Below, piece by piece: positions 38,619 to 47,493 of a DNA stretch of 64,000 nucleotides. Source of the stretch: an uncultured Gemmatimonadales bacterium (GTDB lineage Bacteria; Gemmatimonadota; Gemmatimonadetes; Gemmatimonadales; GWC2-71-9); contig CAVZZO010000003.1 of the NCBI GenBank assembly GCA_963779755.1, positions 1,696,001 through 1,760,000 of the forward strand. Direction: 5' to 3'. Position numbers and translations under genes: made by a program. A model generated the notes under the pieces. It did no database searches and had not been told where the DNA came from. It worked only from the letters and a program-made list of their open reading frames with translations. Position 1 is the stretch's first letter. Each line of letters begins with the position of its first letter.

Positions 38619-40514
38619 GTGGCCACATCCATTGCGGCCCCCACCGTAGCCGAGCGACTGGAAGAACTCTGGCGCACCGAACCGGGCCTGGTCGGGGCGC
38701 TCACGACGGTGGACCACAAGAAGATCGGCAAGCGGTACCTGGTGACGGCGCTGCTGTTCCTGGTGCTGGGCGGCTGCGAGGCGCTCATCATGCGGCTGCA
38801 GCTGGCCGGCCCCAACGAGTCGCTGCTCACGCCGGACCAGTACAACCAGCTGTTCAGCATGCACGGCGTGACGATGATCTTCCTCTACGCCTCGCCCATC
38901 CTGAGCGGCTTCGGCAATTACCTCTGGCCCATCGTGGTCGGCGCCCGCGACATGGCGTTCCCCCGGCTCAATGCCTTCAGCTACTGGAACTTCCTCTTCT
39001 CGGGGATCTTCATCTACACCGCGCTGGTGATCGGGCAGGCTCCCAACGACGGGTGGTTCAACTACGTCCCCTTTGCCTCGCTGACGTACAACCCCGGGCT
39101 GAACATGGATTTCTACGCCCTGGGCCTGATCTTTCTCACCATCTCGACCACCGTCGGCGCGATCAACTTCATCGTCACCCTGTTCAAGCTGCGGGCGCCG
39201 GGCATGTCCATCAACCGGCTGCCCATCCTGGTCTGGGGCACCCTCAGTACTTCCTTCGCGATCCTGGCCAGCCTGCCCGCGCTCACCGCCGCCTGCCTGA
39301 TGCTCTATCTCGACCGGCGGTTCGGCATGCATTTCTTCGACGCCAACCAGGGAGGCAGCCCGCTCCTGTGGCAGCATCTGTTCTGGATCTTCGGCCATCC
39401 CTGGGTCTATATCATCGTGCTGCCGGCCATGAGCATCGCCTCGGAGATCACCCAGACGTTCTCCCGGCGGCCGCTGGTGGGCTATGTCTTTCTGGCGCTG
39501 GCCACGGTGGCCACGACCATCCTGGGCTTCGGGGTCTGGGTCCACCACATGTTCGCCACCGGGCTTCCGGCCATCTCGACCACGTTCTTCAGCGCGGCGA
39601 GCTTCATCATCGCGATCCCCAGCGCGGTGACCATTTTTGCGCTGATCGCCACCATCTGGCACGGCAAGCCGGTCTTCCGGACGCCGCTGCTCTTCGTGGC
39701 CGGCTTCATCGTGCTGTTCGTGCTGGGCGGGGTGAGCGGCGTGGCCACGGCGGCGGTGCCGTACGACTGGCAGCTCACCGACACCTATTTCGTGGTGGCG
39801 CACATCCACTATGTGCTGATCGGGATCAATCTCTTTCCCGTGATCGGCGGGCTGTACTACTGGGTGCCCAAGTTCACCGGCCGCATGATGAACGAACGGA
39901 TGGGCCGCTGGAACTTCTGGACCATGTTCATCGGCTTCAATCTCGGCTTCTTCCCCATGCATATCGCCGGGCTGCTGGGGATGCCGCGGCGGATCTACAC
40001 CTACCAGGCCGGCCTGGGCTGGCATGCCGTGAACCTGCTCACGACCCTGGGCGCGTTTCTCTTTGCGTTCGGCGTGCTGATGTTCTTCGTGAACTTCTTC
40101 TACAGCCGGAAGCGCGGCGAACTGGCGGGCGAGAACCCCTGGGACGGCCCGACGCTGGAATGGGCCGTGCCCTCGCCGGTGCCGCCGTACAACTTCGCCG
40201 AGATCCCCACGGTTCACAGCCGGCTGCCGCTGTGGGAGGGCCGGCTGGACGGCACCAGCGGGATCGTGCACGAGCTCCCGCCGCTGGCGGAGGGCCATGA
40301 GACGATCGGCACCACACCGCTGGATGCCGAAAAGCAGCAGATCCTCCACATGCCGGGCGATTCCTGGTGGCCGCTGCTCACCACGCTCGCGATTACGGCC
40401 GTCTTCTACGGGCTGGTCGGCCGGATCTGGTGGCTGGCGATCGCCGCCGGGGCCATCATGCTGCTGTGTACCGCCATGTGGCTCTGGCCCACGCACGTGC
40501 TGGAGGAGGGCTGA
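38619..40514 (+). CDS. ctaD: Heme-copper oxidase subunit I, atypical A-family (GHPWVY)
   Basis: MHG, GHPWVY, WVHH, HIH, MPRR; GGAGG RBS. Confidence 0.95.
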   Translation: MATSIAAPTVAERLEELWRTEPGLVGALTTVDHKKIGKRYLVTALLFLVLGGCEALIMRLQLAGPNESLLTPDQYNQLFSMHGVTMIFLYASPILSGFGNYLWPIVVGARDMAFPRLNAFSYWNFLFSGIFIYTALVIGQAPNDGWFNYVPFASLTYNPGLNMDFYALGLIFLTISTTVGAINFIVTLFKLRAPGMSINRLPILVWGTLSTSFAILASLPALTAACLMLYLDRRFGMHFFDANQGGSPLLWQHLFWIFGHPWVYIIVLPAMSIASEITQTFSRRPLVGYVFLALATVATTILGFGVWVHHMFATGLPAISTTFFSAASFIIAIPSAVTIFALIATIWHGKPVFRTPLLFVAGFIVLFVLGGVSGVATAAVPYDWQLTDTYFVVAHIHYVLIGINLFPVIGGLYYWVPKFTGRMMNERMGRWNFWTMFIGFNLGFFPMHIAGLLGMPRRIYTYQAGLGWHAVNLLTTLGAFLFAFGVLMFFVNFFYSRKRGELAGENPWDGPTLEWAVPSPVPPYNFAEIPTVHSRLPLWEGRLDGTSGIVHELPPLAEGHETIGTTPLDAEKQQILHMPGDSWWPLLTTLAITAVFYGLVGRIWWLAIAAGAIMLLCTAMWLWPTHVLEEG

Positions 40515-40516
40515 CC

Positions 40517-41110
40517 ATGGCGACCGCGCAGGTGTATGATCTTCCCGTCAATGCCGAAGGCCGCCGCAACGTGGGCTTCTGGGGCATGATGCTGTTCATC
40601 AGCACCGAGGCGGCGTTGTTCGCCTTCCTGCTGTTCAGCTACTTCTATCTCGGCTCCAAGGCCCGGGGGCCGTGGCCGCCCGACGGCCCGCCCGACCTGC
40701 GGCTGGTGCTGCCCAACACGTTCATCCTGCTGCTGAGCAGCGCCACCTACTGGTGGGGCGAGCGGGGAATCAAGCTGGGACAGCAGTGGCGCCTCAAGGC
40801 GGGGCTGTTCATCACCTTCCTGCTGGGCGCGGCGTTCCTGGTCATCCAGGGCATCGAGTACAGCAATAAATCGTTCACGCCCGCAAGCCACGCCTACGGG
40901 TCGCTCTTCTTCACCATCACCGGCCTGCACGGCACCCACGTGTTCGTGGGCCTGCTGATGAACGTCTTCGTGCAGCTCCGCGCCTGGGCCGGCCACTTCA
41001 CGAAGGAGCGGCATCTCGCCGTCACCAACGCGGGCTGGTACTGGCACTTCGTGGACCTGGTGTGGATCGCGGTGCTGACCAGCCTCTATCTCTCGCCGAG
41101 GTTCGGATGA
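40517..41110 (+). CDS. Heme-copper oxidase subunit III
   Basis: FISTEAALF, TGLHGTHV, YWHFVD; start ATG 40517. Confidence 0.93.
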   Translation: MATAQVYDLPVNAEGRRNVGFWGMMLFISTEAALFAFLLFSYFYLGSKARGPWPPDGPPDLRLVLPNTFILLLSSATYWWGERGIKLGQQWRLKAGLFITFLLGAAFLVIQGIEYSNKSFTPASHAYGSLFFTITGLHGTHVFVGLLMNVFVQLRAWAGHFTKERHLAVTNAGWYWHFVDLVWIAVLTSLYLSPRFG

Positions 41111-41526
41111 CGGGCGCCGGGGCCATGAGCGCCCCCTACCGTGGCCGTGCCGGCAACGCGGCGCTCTGGTTCGGCGTGTTCGGCGCGCCGGCCGCCTGGA
41201 GTCTCCACACGCTGGTCGACTATCCCCTGGTGACGTACGGCTGCTTCCCCCGGAACGTACTGCTCCAGCATCCCGCCTTCGGCGGACTCCTGCCCCTGGC
41301 ACTGATCATCAGCGGCGTGCTGATCCTTGCCGGCCTGGCCGCCTGGTGGACGGCCTGGGTCTGCTGGCGCCGTACCGACGGCGACTTCGCCGATGCCGAA
41401 GGCGCCAGGGAAGCCATTCAGGGCCGGGTGCGCTTCATGGCGTATGCGGGGCTGCTGCTGAGCGCTGTGTTCACCCTGGGCATGCTGTTTACCACCCTGG
41501 GACTCATCCTGGTCCCGCCCTGCTGA
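41107..41526 (+). CDS. Small 3-TM membrane protein of the oxidase operon
   Basis: APAAWSLH..VDYPL..YGC...RFMA...PPC*; translationally coupled on both sides. Confidence 0.8.
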   Translation: MTGAGAMSAPYRGRAGNAALWFGVFGAPAAWSLHTLVDYPLVTYGCFPRNVLLQHPAFGGLLPLALIISGVLILAGLAAWWTAWVCWRRTDGDFADAEGAREAIQGRVRFMAYAGLLLSAVFTLGMLFTTLGLILVPPC

Positions 41527-42857
41527 TGCCCCGAATCCGTGTCGCCGCGCTCGCCGCCGCACTGCTGGCGCTCCCGGCCCCTCTCTGGGCGCACGGCGGC
41601 CACGCCGAGGCGCTGGCCTGGCAGGCCGATCCGCCGATCGTGATTCTGCTGGCAGCCGGCGCCGCGCTCTACGCCGCCGGGATCGCCCGGTTGTGGCGGG
41701 AGGCCGGCATCGGCACCGGCGTGCCCCGGTGGCGGGCGGCCTGCTTCACCGGCGGCCTGCTTGCGGTGGTGCTGGCGCTCCTGTCGCCGCTCGACGCCCT
41801 GGGCGACCAGCTCTTCGCGGCGCACATGATCCAGCACCTGGTGCTCATCCTGATCGCGGCGCCGCTCCTGGTCCTGGGCGCGCCGGCGCTGGTCCTGCTC
41901 TGGGCGCTGCCCGGCGGGGCCCGGCGGCGCACCGGTGAGTGGTGGCGCACCGGGCCGCTTCTGCCCCGGCTCATCCGGGTGCTCACCCGCCCGGCGGCGG
42001 CCTGGGGCCTGGCCGTCGGTGCCCTGCTCTTCTGGCACATGCCGGGACCGTTCCAGGCCGCGCTCGGCAGCGACACGGTGCACGCGGCGGAACATCTCAG
42101 CTTTCTGGGGACCGCCGCGCTGTTCTGGTGGGTGGTGCTGCAGCCGGTGGGCCGCCGGCAGCTGGGCCACGGCGGCGCCATCCTCTACGTCTTCACCGCG
42201 GGCCTGGTAAGCAGCGGCCTCGGCGCCCTGCTCACCTTCGCCGTCCGGCCCTGGTACCCGCTGCAGACCGGCGGCTTCGCCCGCTTCGGACTCACACCGC
42301 TGGAGGACCAGCAGGTGGCGGGGCTCGTCATGTGGATTCCCGCGGGCCTGATCTACCTGGGAGCGGCGGCCTGGCTGTTCGTCGCATGGCTCCGCGCCGA
42401 CGAGCGGGCCGACGAGCGGCGCGAACGGAGTTTCCATCCTGCATTGGGGGAACGGATGACCCAGCAGCAACGACCCCGCAGCCGCGCGGTGGTCCTGGCC
42501 TGGGCCGCGCTGGCGCTCGCCGGCCTCGGCACCAGCAGCTGCGGCCATGAGATTCATGCCGCGCGATCGGTTGAGGGCGGCGATCCCGCGATGGGCAAGG
42601 CGCTCATCGTCTCCTACGGCTGCGGGGCCTGCCACGTCATCCCGGGCGTGGACAATGCCCACGGCATGGTGGGCCCGCCGCTCACCCATTTCGGCCAGCG
42701 GGTGTATATCGCCGGCGAGGTGGCCAACACGCCGCAGTATCTGATCCGCTGGATCACCGTGCCACAGGCCATCGAGCCGGGCACCGCCATGCCCAACCTG
42801 GGCGTGACCGATGCCCAGGCGCGGGATATCGCGGCCTACCTCTATACCCTGCAATGA
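41526..42857 (+). CDS. CtaG assembly factor fused to a c-type cytochrome
   Basis: LFAAHMIQHL and DQQVAGLVMW, then in frame CGACH...GPPL...PGTAMP. Confidence 0.88.
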   Translation: MPRIRVAALAAALLALPAPLWAHGGHAEALAWQADPPIVILLAAGAALYAAGIARLWREAGIGTGVPRWRAACFTGGLLAVVLALLSPLDALGDQLFAAHMIQHLVLILIAAPLLVLGAPALVLLWALPGGARRRTGEWWRTGPLLPRLIRVLTRPAAAWGLAVGALLFWHMPGPFQAALGSDTVHAAEHLSFLGTAALFWWVVLQPVGRRQLGHGGAILYVFTAGLVSSGLGALLTFAVRPWYPLQTGGFARFGLTPLEDQQVAGLVMWIPAGLIYLGAAAWLFVAWLRADERADERRERSFHPALGERMTQQQRPRSRAVVLAWAALALAGLGTSSCGHEIHAARSVEGGDPAMGKALIVSYGCGACHVIPGVDNAHGMVGPPLTHFGQRVYIAGEVANTPQYLIRWITVPQAIEPGTAMPNLGVTDAQARDIAAYLYTLQ

Positions 42858-43564
42858 GGAAGCGCTTCGCCGCCGCCTTCCTGGCCCTGGCCCTGGCCCT
42901 GGCTCCCGCCGGGCTATGGGCGCAGTTCGATTCGCTGTCGCTGCAGAGCGCCGTCGATTCCGCCCCCCTCAAGGTCAATGAGGAGGGCCAAGCGGCCCGG
43001 CTGCCGCCCCTGCCCGCGGGAATGACGCTGGATATGATCCGGCGGGGTGACTCCCTGTTCCACGGGCCGGGAGGATGTTTCGTCTGTCACGGGGTGGAAG
43101 CCGAGAGCCGCCCGGGCGCGGGCGATGCCCTGACCACGGCGCTCACCTACGTGCCCTACCGCTGGGATTCCATCGACAGCCTCATCAATCACGGCATTCC
43201 GGACGATATCACCCGCAGCGGGCTTTCGATGCCGGCGCGGGGCGCCCGGTCCAATCTCGATTCCCTGCAGGTGCGCGAGGTTTCGGCCTACGTCTGGGCC
43301 ATCAGCCAGACCCGGGGCGAGCCCTGGCCCGGCGGGCATGCGAGCCATTTCGCCATGGTGCCGGTTGGGGCCAGCAGCGGCACCGACGCGGCCTATGCCG
43401 GGGGCGGCGCGGCCAACCCCGGGCAGCCCGGCACCGGCACGTCCAGCACCGGGGCCGGCCGCCAGGCGATGGCAATCACCTGGTCGCTGGTGGGGGTGTC
43501 GCTGCTGGTACTGCTGGTGATCAATTTCGAGGTGATCAAACCGAGACGGAGTCGTAAGACGTGA
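42854..43564 (+). CDS. Membrane-anchored monoheme c-type cytochrome
   Basis: Signal peptide; CFVCH; SMPARG axial Met; C-terminal TM helix. Confidence 0.85.
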   Translation: MRKRFAAAFLALALALAPAGLWAQFDSLSLQSAVDSAPLKVNEEGQAARLPPLPAGMTLDMIRRGDSLFHGPGGCFVCHGVEAESRPGAGDALTTALTYVPYRWDSIDSLINHGIPDDITRSGLSMPARGARSNLDSLQVREVSAYVWAISQTRGEPWPGGHASHFAMVPVGASSGTDAAYAGGGAANPGQPGTGTSSTGAGRQAMAITWSLVGVSLLVLLVINFEVIKPRRSRKT

Positions 43565-43579
43565 GATGTGAGATGTGAG
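43555..43579 (+). repeat. GTGAGAT heptamer x3, supplying a stop codon and the next start
   Basis: taagacgtgagatgtgagatgtgag. Confidence 0.75.
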
Positions 43580-44033
43580 TCGCGATCTGCTGCCGGCCCG
43601 CCGTAACCCCGTCGCCCGTCTGTTTCTCCGGGCCCTGCGCCGCCGCTGCCCCGCCTGCGGCGGGAGACCGCTGTTCGTCACCTGGTTCCGCATGGTGCCG
43701 AACTGTCCGGTGTGCGGCCTGGAGCTGGAGCGGGGTGAGCAGGGGTACTGGCTGGGGGCCTACTTTTTCAACCTGATGGCCATGGAGGTGGCGTTCGTCG
43801 TCTTCCTGGGGCCCGCGCTGATCCTCACCTGGCCCCATCCTCCCTGGCAGCTGTTGAAGTATCTCTCGCTGGCGCTGATGGTGGTGGTGCCGGTGGCGTT
43901 CTTTCCCTGGTCCAAGACCCTGTTCCTGGCATTCGACCTGATGGTCCGTCCGCCGGAGCCGGGAGAATTCGAGGCGCCGCGGGAGGCTCCCCTCAACCGG
44001 CCCTGGCGCCGGGGTCCGCCCGAACCCGGCTGA
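43575..44033 (+). CDS. DUF983 family protein
   Basis: RCPACG..LF...CPVCG...E.GY; two TM segments. Confidence 0.85.
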   Translation: MSRDLLPARRNPVARLFLRALRRRCPACGGRPLFVTWFRMVPNCPVCGLELERGEQGYWLGAYFFNLMAMEVAFVVFLGPALILTWPHPPWQLLKYLSLALMVVVPVAFFPWSKTLFLAFDLMVRPPEPGEFEAPREAPLNRPWRRGPPEPG

Positions 44034-44080
44034 TCCTCACGGGCCACCCTGATCGTAGCCCGGCCGGCGGCCCCAGCGCC

Positions 44081-45640
44081 TCAGGTGCCCACCGACCGCA
44101 GCTGTACCGGCTCCTGCTCCTCGCTGCTCTTCAGGTAGGCGGTGGGATCGTGCATCAGCGCGCCCTCGGGGAGATGCTGATAGAGAGGTCCCAGCTCCTT
44201 TTCGATCCGCTGGCGGTAGAACTCCGGCAGATCCGTCGTCTCGCCCTCAAAGAAGTCCCGGACCGAGCGGTCGGTATCCAGCAGGCGCCGCATCATGGTG
44301 TGATAGCGGATCCGGCCAAAGCCCTCCGACGACACCGCGCGCACGAAATTCATCCACTTGGGGATGGCCGTGGCGGTGGCGGGAATGCGCCGGGCGATGG
44401 CTCGCCAGGAGAAGGAATGGCGGCTCACCTGCACCACGGCGTCGTAGAATTCCGTCCAACTGTAGTTCAGCGGCCGGACGTTCATCGCGTGGTTGTTGTT
44501 CAGGAAATGGAAGGGGAATGGCAGCACCCGCCCGGCCCGCTGGTAGTCGAGATTGAGCGGGGCGGCCCGCCCGAAGGCCGACAGCAGCGAATAGGCCGGG
44601 AAGGCGCCGGGCGAGAGCTCGATGAACTTCTGCGTCAGCTCGAACGGCTCCGGCCCATCGTCGGTGTCCATCCCCAGCACGAAATTGGTCTGGATGTAGG
44701 GGATGTACCGCAGGATCATGTTGACGTGGTCGGACACCTGGCGGACCTTGTCCATGCCCGTGCGCCGGGTCTTGGATTTGTTCCCCAGGTCGTACCACGA
44801 TTCGATCCCCGGCAGGATGGCGCGGAAGCCGTTGTCGCGCAGCCGCTGCAAGTGCGGCTCCGACAGGAGCGACAGGCTGCTCTCGGCAATGTGGCGCATA
44901 CGCCCGCGCGGCACGGCCGCCTCGATGGCGTCCATGTAGTCGTTGAAGCGGACTCCGAAATTCGGATCGTGCCAGCCGACAATCGGGTTGCGAAACTTCG
45001 TCAGCAGGAACTTGAGGTCGGCGCTCATCTGCGCGAAGCTGAGCGGCTGGTATTCCACCGTGGAATCGATGCAGAAACAGCAGGTGTAGGGGCACCCCAG
45101 GCTGCCGATCATCGGGACGATCTTGATGGTAGGCGCCTTGGCCAGGGTGGCCTCGACGAACTTCCAGCGCCGCTGCAGCGTGGGGAGCTCCACCGGCTGC
45201 CGCGGCGCCGAGATCTGGACGCCCATGGGGCGGTGCGGCTCGCAGTCGCGCAGCAACTCGTCAATCGCGTTCCGGTCGGTGAAGCCCAGGACATAGTCGA
45301 AATATTTCTGAGCGTCTTCGGGGTAGCACCGCGCGTGCGGCCCGCCGATGGCGGTCACCGCCCCCCGGCTGCGATACAGATTGCTGAGCGAATAGGCCAA
45401 CTGGGCCGACTGGGTAAAAGCGCCAATGAACAACAGATCGAGATCGGCGGGCAGCTCCCGCCCCAGATCTTCGATCCCGGTATAGCACACCAGCGTGACG
45501 TCGTGCCCCAGCTCCTCGCACCAGACGGCGACGACCTGCGGCATGATGCTGGCAAGATTGGCGTTCATGATACGCCCGTACAGCGATGGGCGGGGACTCT
45601 TGGTCACCAGGTCTAGAATGCCGATGCGGAGCCTGCGCAC
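44081..45640 (-). CDS. Radical SAM protein with a B12-binding-like N-terminal domain
   Basis: IGGPH, GCPYTCCFC (CxxxCxxC), DPNFG, GIES, FVLGMD; start GTG about 45640. Confidence 0.9.
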   Translation of the reverse strand: MRRLRIGILDLVTKSPRPSLYGRIMNANLASIMPQVVAVWCEELGHDVTLVCYTGIEDLGRELPADLDLLFIGAFTQSAQLAYSLSNLYRSRGAVTAIGGPHARCYPEDAQKYFDYVLGFTDRNAIDELLRDCEPHRPMGVQISAPRQPVELPTLQRRWKFVEATLAKAPTIKIVPMIGSLGCPYTCCFCIDSTVEYQPLSFAQMSADLKFLLTKFRNPIVGWHDPNFGVRFNDYMDAIEAAVPRGRMRHIAESSLSLLSEPHLQRLRDNGFRAILPGIESWYDLGNKSKTRRTGMDKVRQVSDHVNMILRYIPYIQTNFVLGMDTDDGPEPFELTQKFIELSPGAFPAYSLLSAFGRAAPLNLDYQRAGRVLPFPFHFLNNNHAMNVRPLNYSWTEFYDAVVQVSRHSFSWRAIARRIPATATAIPKWMNFVRAVSSEGFGRIRYHTMMRRLLDTDRSVRDFFEGETTDLPEFYRQRIEKELGPLYQHLPEGALMHDPTAYLKSSEEQEPVQLRSVGT

Positions 45641-46018
45641 AGAGAAGCACCTCGCGATGGGGAAAACCCCGCGCAACCTGCCGGGGTTTCAGTACGATGG
45701 ACACGGTCAGGCAATTGGCCCACGAATGCGCGGACGCCGTTCCGTTGGCGTTTCCTGTCCGTTGGGGCGAAACAAGGGGGTCCCACCGCCGGGCGGCGGC
45801 TCATTCTGACCCGATAAGGCGCGGATCGTCCTCCAGCGAAGCCCGCGAAATACCTGCAGGACCGTTTCGCGGTGTAGGGATATTCACCCCCACGTCCCCG
45901 GTCTGTCAACAACCCACGTCACATCCGGCCCCGGGGGGCCGGTCTAGCCTGTCCTTCTCGCAGGTCAGATTTTCATGGAAGCAGGCCGCCGGAGCCTCAG
46001 CGAGAGGGCGGGCGCGAG

Positions 46019-46064
46019 CGCTGAGGACTGAGGAACTGAAGAGTGAGGAGTGAAGACTGAAGAC
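46019..46064 (+). repeat. Degenerate GAGGACT/GAAGACT heptamer run
   Basis: ctgaggactgaggaactgaagagtgaggagtgaagactgaagac; inverted partner at 46324-46339. Confidence 0.75.
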
Positions 46065-46073
46065 CCGGCGGAG

Positions 46074-46313
46074 TTAGCAGCCGACCGGCCACCGCTCCAC
46101 CCGGAAGTCGTAGCCCATACCGTCGAAAGCATCCAGGCTGAGCAGGAGCCGGCGATCCAGGCCCACCCTGAAGGCTCGCAGACATACCCGACGGGCCCCG
46201 TGGCCGCTCGCCACCTCGGCGTGGATCGGATGCCCCCCGATGGGCGAGCGCCGGGTCGCACGAACTGCCCGGCCTTCCCGGGTTGACATGCTGATCACGC
46301 GATACGCATGCAT
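46074..46313 (-). CDS. Possible small hypothetical protein downstream of ada
   Basis: 79-aa ORF with GAGGAG upstream; no recognisable motif. Confidence 0.3.
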   Translation of the reverse strand: MHAYRVISMSTREGRAVRATRRSPIGGHPIHAEVASGHGARRVCLRAFRVGLDRRLLLSLDAFDGMGYDFRVERWPVGC

Positions 46314-46325
46314 TCTTCCCGCTCC

Positions 46326-47390
46326 TCAGTCCTCAGTCCCAGGTCCCTTCTGCTCCAGCTCCAGCAGCCACCTCTTCCGCCACAGCCCCCCGCCGTAGCC
46401 GGACAGGCTGCCGTCGGCGCGGACGACACGGTGGCAGGGAATGACGATGGCAATGCGGTTGTCGCCGTTGGCGCGCCCCACCGCCCGCCGCGCCAGCGGC
46501 CGCCCGATGGCGCGCGCCTCGTCGTCGTAGCTGCGGGTCTCGCCATAGGGGATGTTGCGCAGGAACGTCCACGCCTGGCGCTGGAACGGCGTTCCGCCGA
46601 GCACCAGGGGCACGGTGAATTCCCGCAGCGCGCCCTGGAAATAGCGGGCCAGCTCCCCCTGGAGACGCGCCAGGTGCGGATGATCGCCGGGTGCGATGGC
46701 GGCGTCGAGCGCCTTGCGGATGCGGCGCACCTGGGTCTCCAGCATGGGGCGATCGGCGAACTCGAGCAGGCAGATCCCCTCATCGCTCGCCCCGGCCACC
46801 ATGGGGCCAAGCGGCGTGGCCACCCGGGTAAGAACCACGGGGGTGGTGCCCCGGCTGCGGCCCGGGGTCTCGCCGAACAGCTGCTCGAACGCGTCGCGGA
46901 ACCCGCTGGGCGACTCGTACCCGTGCTCGTAGGCCAGGCGGGTGAGATCCTCGCCCTGCTGGATCCGGCCCATGGCCAGCCCCAGACGGCGGGCGCGCTG
47001 GTAGGCCTGGAAGGTCATGCCGTGGGTGGAGCGGAACCAGCGGCGCACCCGGGCAGGTTCCAGGCCCAGCGTGCGGATACCCTGATCGGTGATCCGGCGC
47101 GCGGGGTCGTGTTCCACTTCAGCCAGCAGCGGGCGGAGCCACTCCGGTGCCGTGCCGTTCGGCTCCATGGGCCGGCAGCGCTTGCAGGGCCGGTAGCCGG
47201 CCAGCAGGGCCTCGCGGGCGCTGGGGTAGAATTCAATGTTTTCGGGCTTGGGCCGACGGGCCGGGCAGGTCGGCCGGCAGAAAATACCGGTGGTTCGGAC
47301 GGCGGTGAGAAAGAGGCCGTCCCAGGCCGGGTCGCGCTCTTCGAAGGCGCGGAGCATCCGGTCCGATCGGGGCAGAGTGGCGCTGGTCAT
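46326..47390 (-). CDS. ada: Bifunctional Ada regulator / O6-methylguanine-DNA methyltransferase
   Basis: FCRPTC, RPCKRC, AraC HTH, IPCHRV; start ATG 47390. Confidence 0.95.
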   Translation of the reverse strand: MTSATLPRSDRMLRAFEERDPAWDGLFLTAVRTTGIFCRPTCPARRPKPENIEFYPSAREALLAGYRPCKRCRPMEPNGTAPEWLRPLLAEVEHDPARRITDQGIRTLGLEPARVRRWFRSTHGMTFQAYQRARRLGLAMGRIQQGEDLTRLAYEHGYESPSGFRDAFEQLFGETPGRSRGTTPVVLTRVATPLGPMVAGASDEGICLLEFADRPMLETQVRRIRKALDAAIAPGDHPHLARLQGELARYFQGALREFTVPLVLGGTPFQRQAWTFLRNIPYGETRSYDDEARAIGRPLARRAVGRANGDNRIAIVIPCHRVVRADGSLSGYGGGLWRKRWLLELEQKGPGTED

Positions 47391-47493
47391 GGCTCGGAAT
47401 CTAGGGCCAGGGCGTATCCGCGCTACCGAAAAATGAACAGGGAATCCACAGGATACGAATGTACACCGATGTCGCCGATTGATCCGGCGCGTC

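Noticed and set aside
38583..40496. Long antisense and alternate-frame ORFs here and throughout the window
   Set aside because: Expected in high-GC DNA; low-complexity or Arg/Pro/Gly-rich with no motifs.
45660..45960. Cobalamin or c-di-GMP riboswitch
   Set aside because: Conserved core motifs were not recognisable by eye; needs a covariance-model scan.
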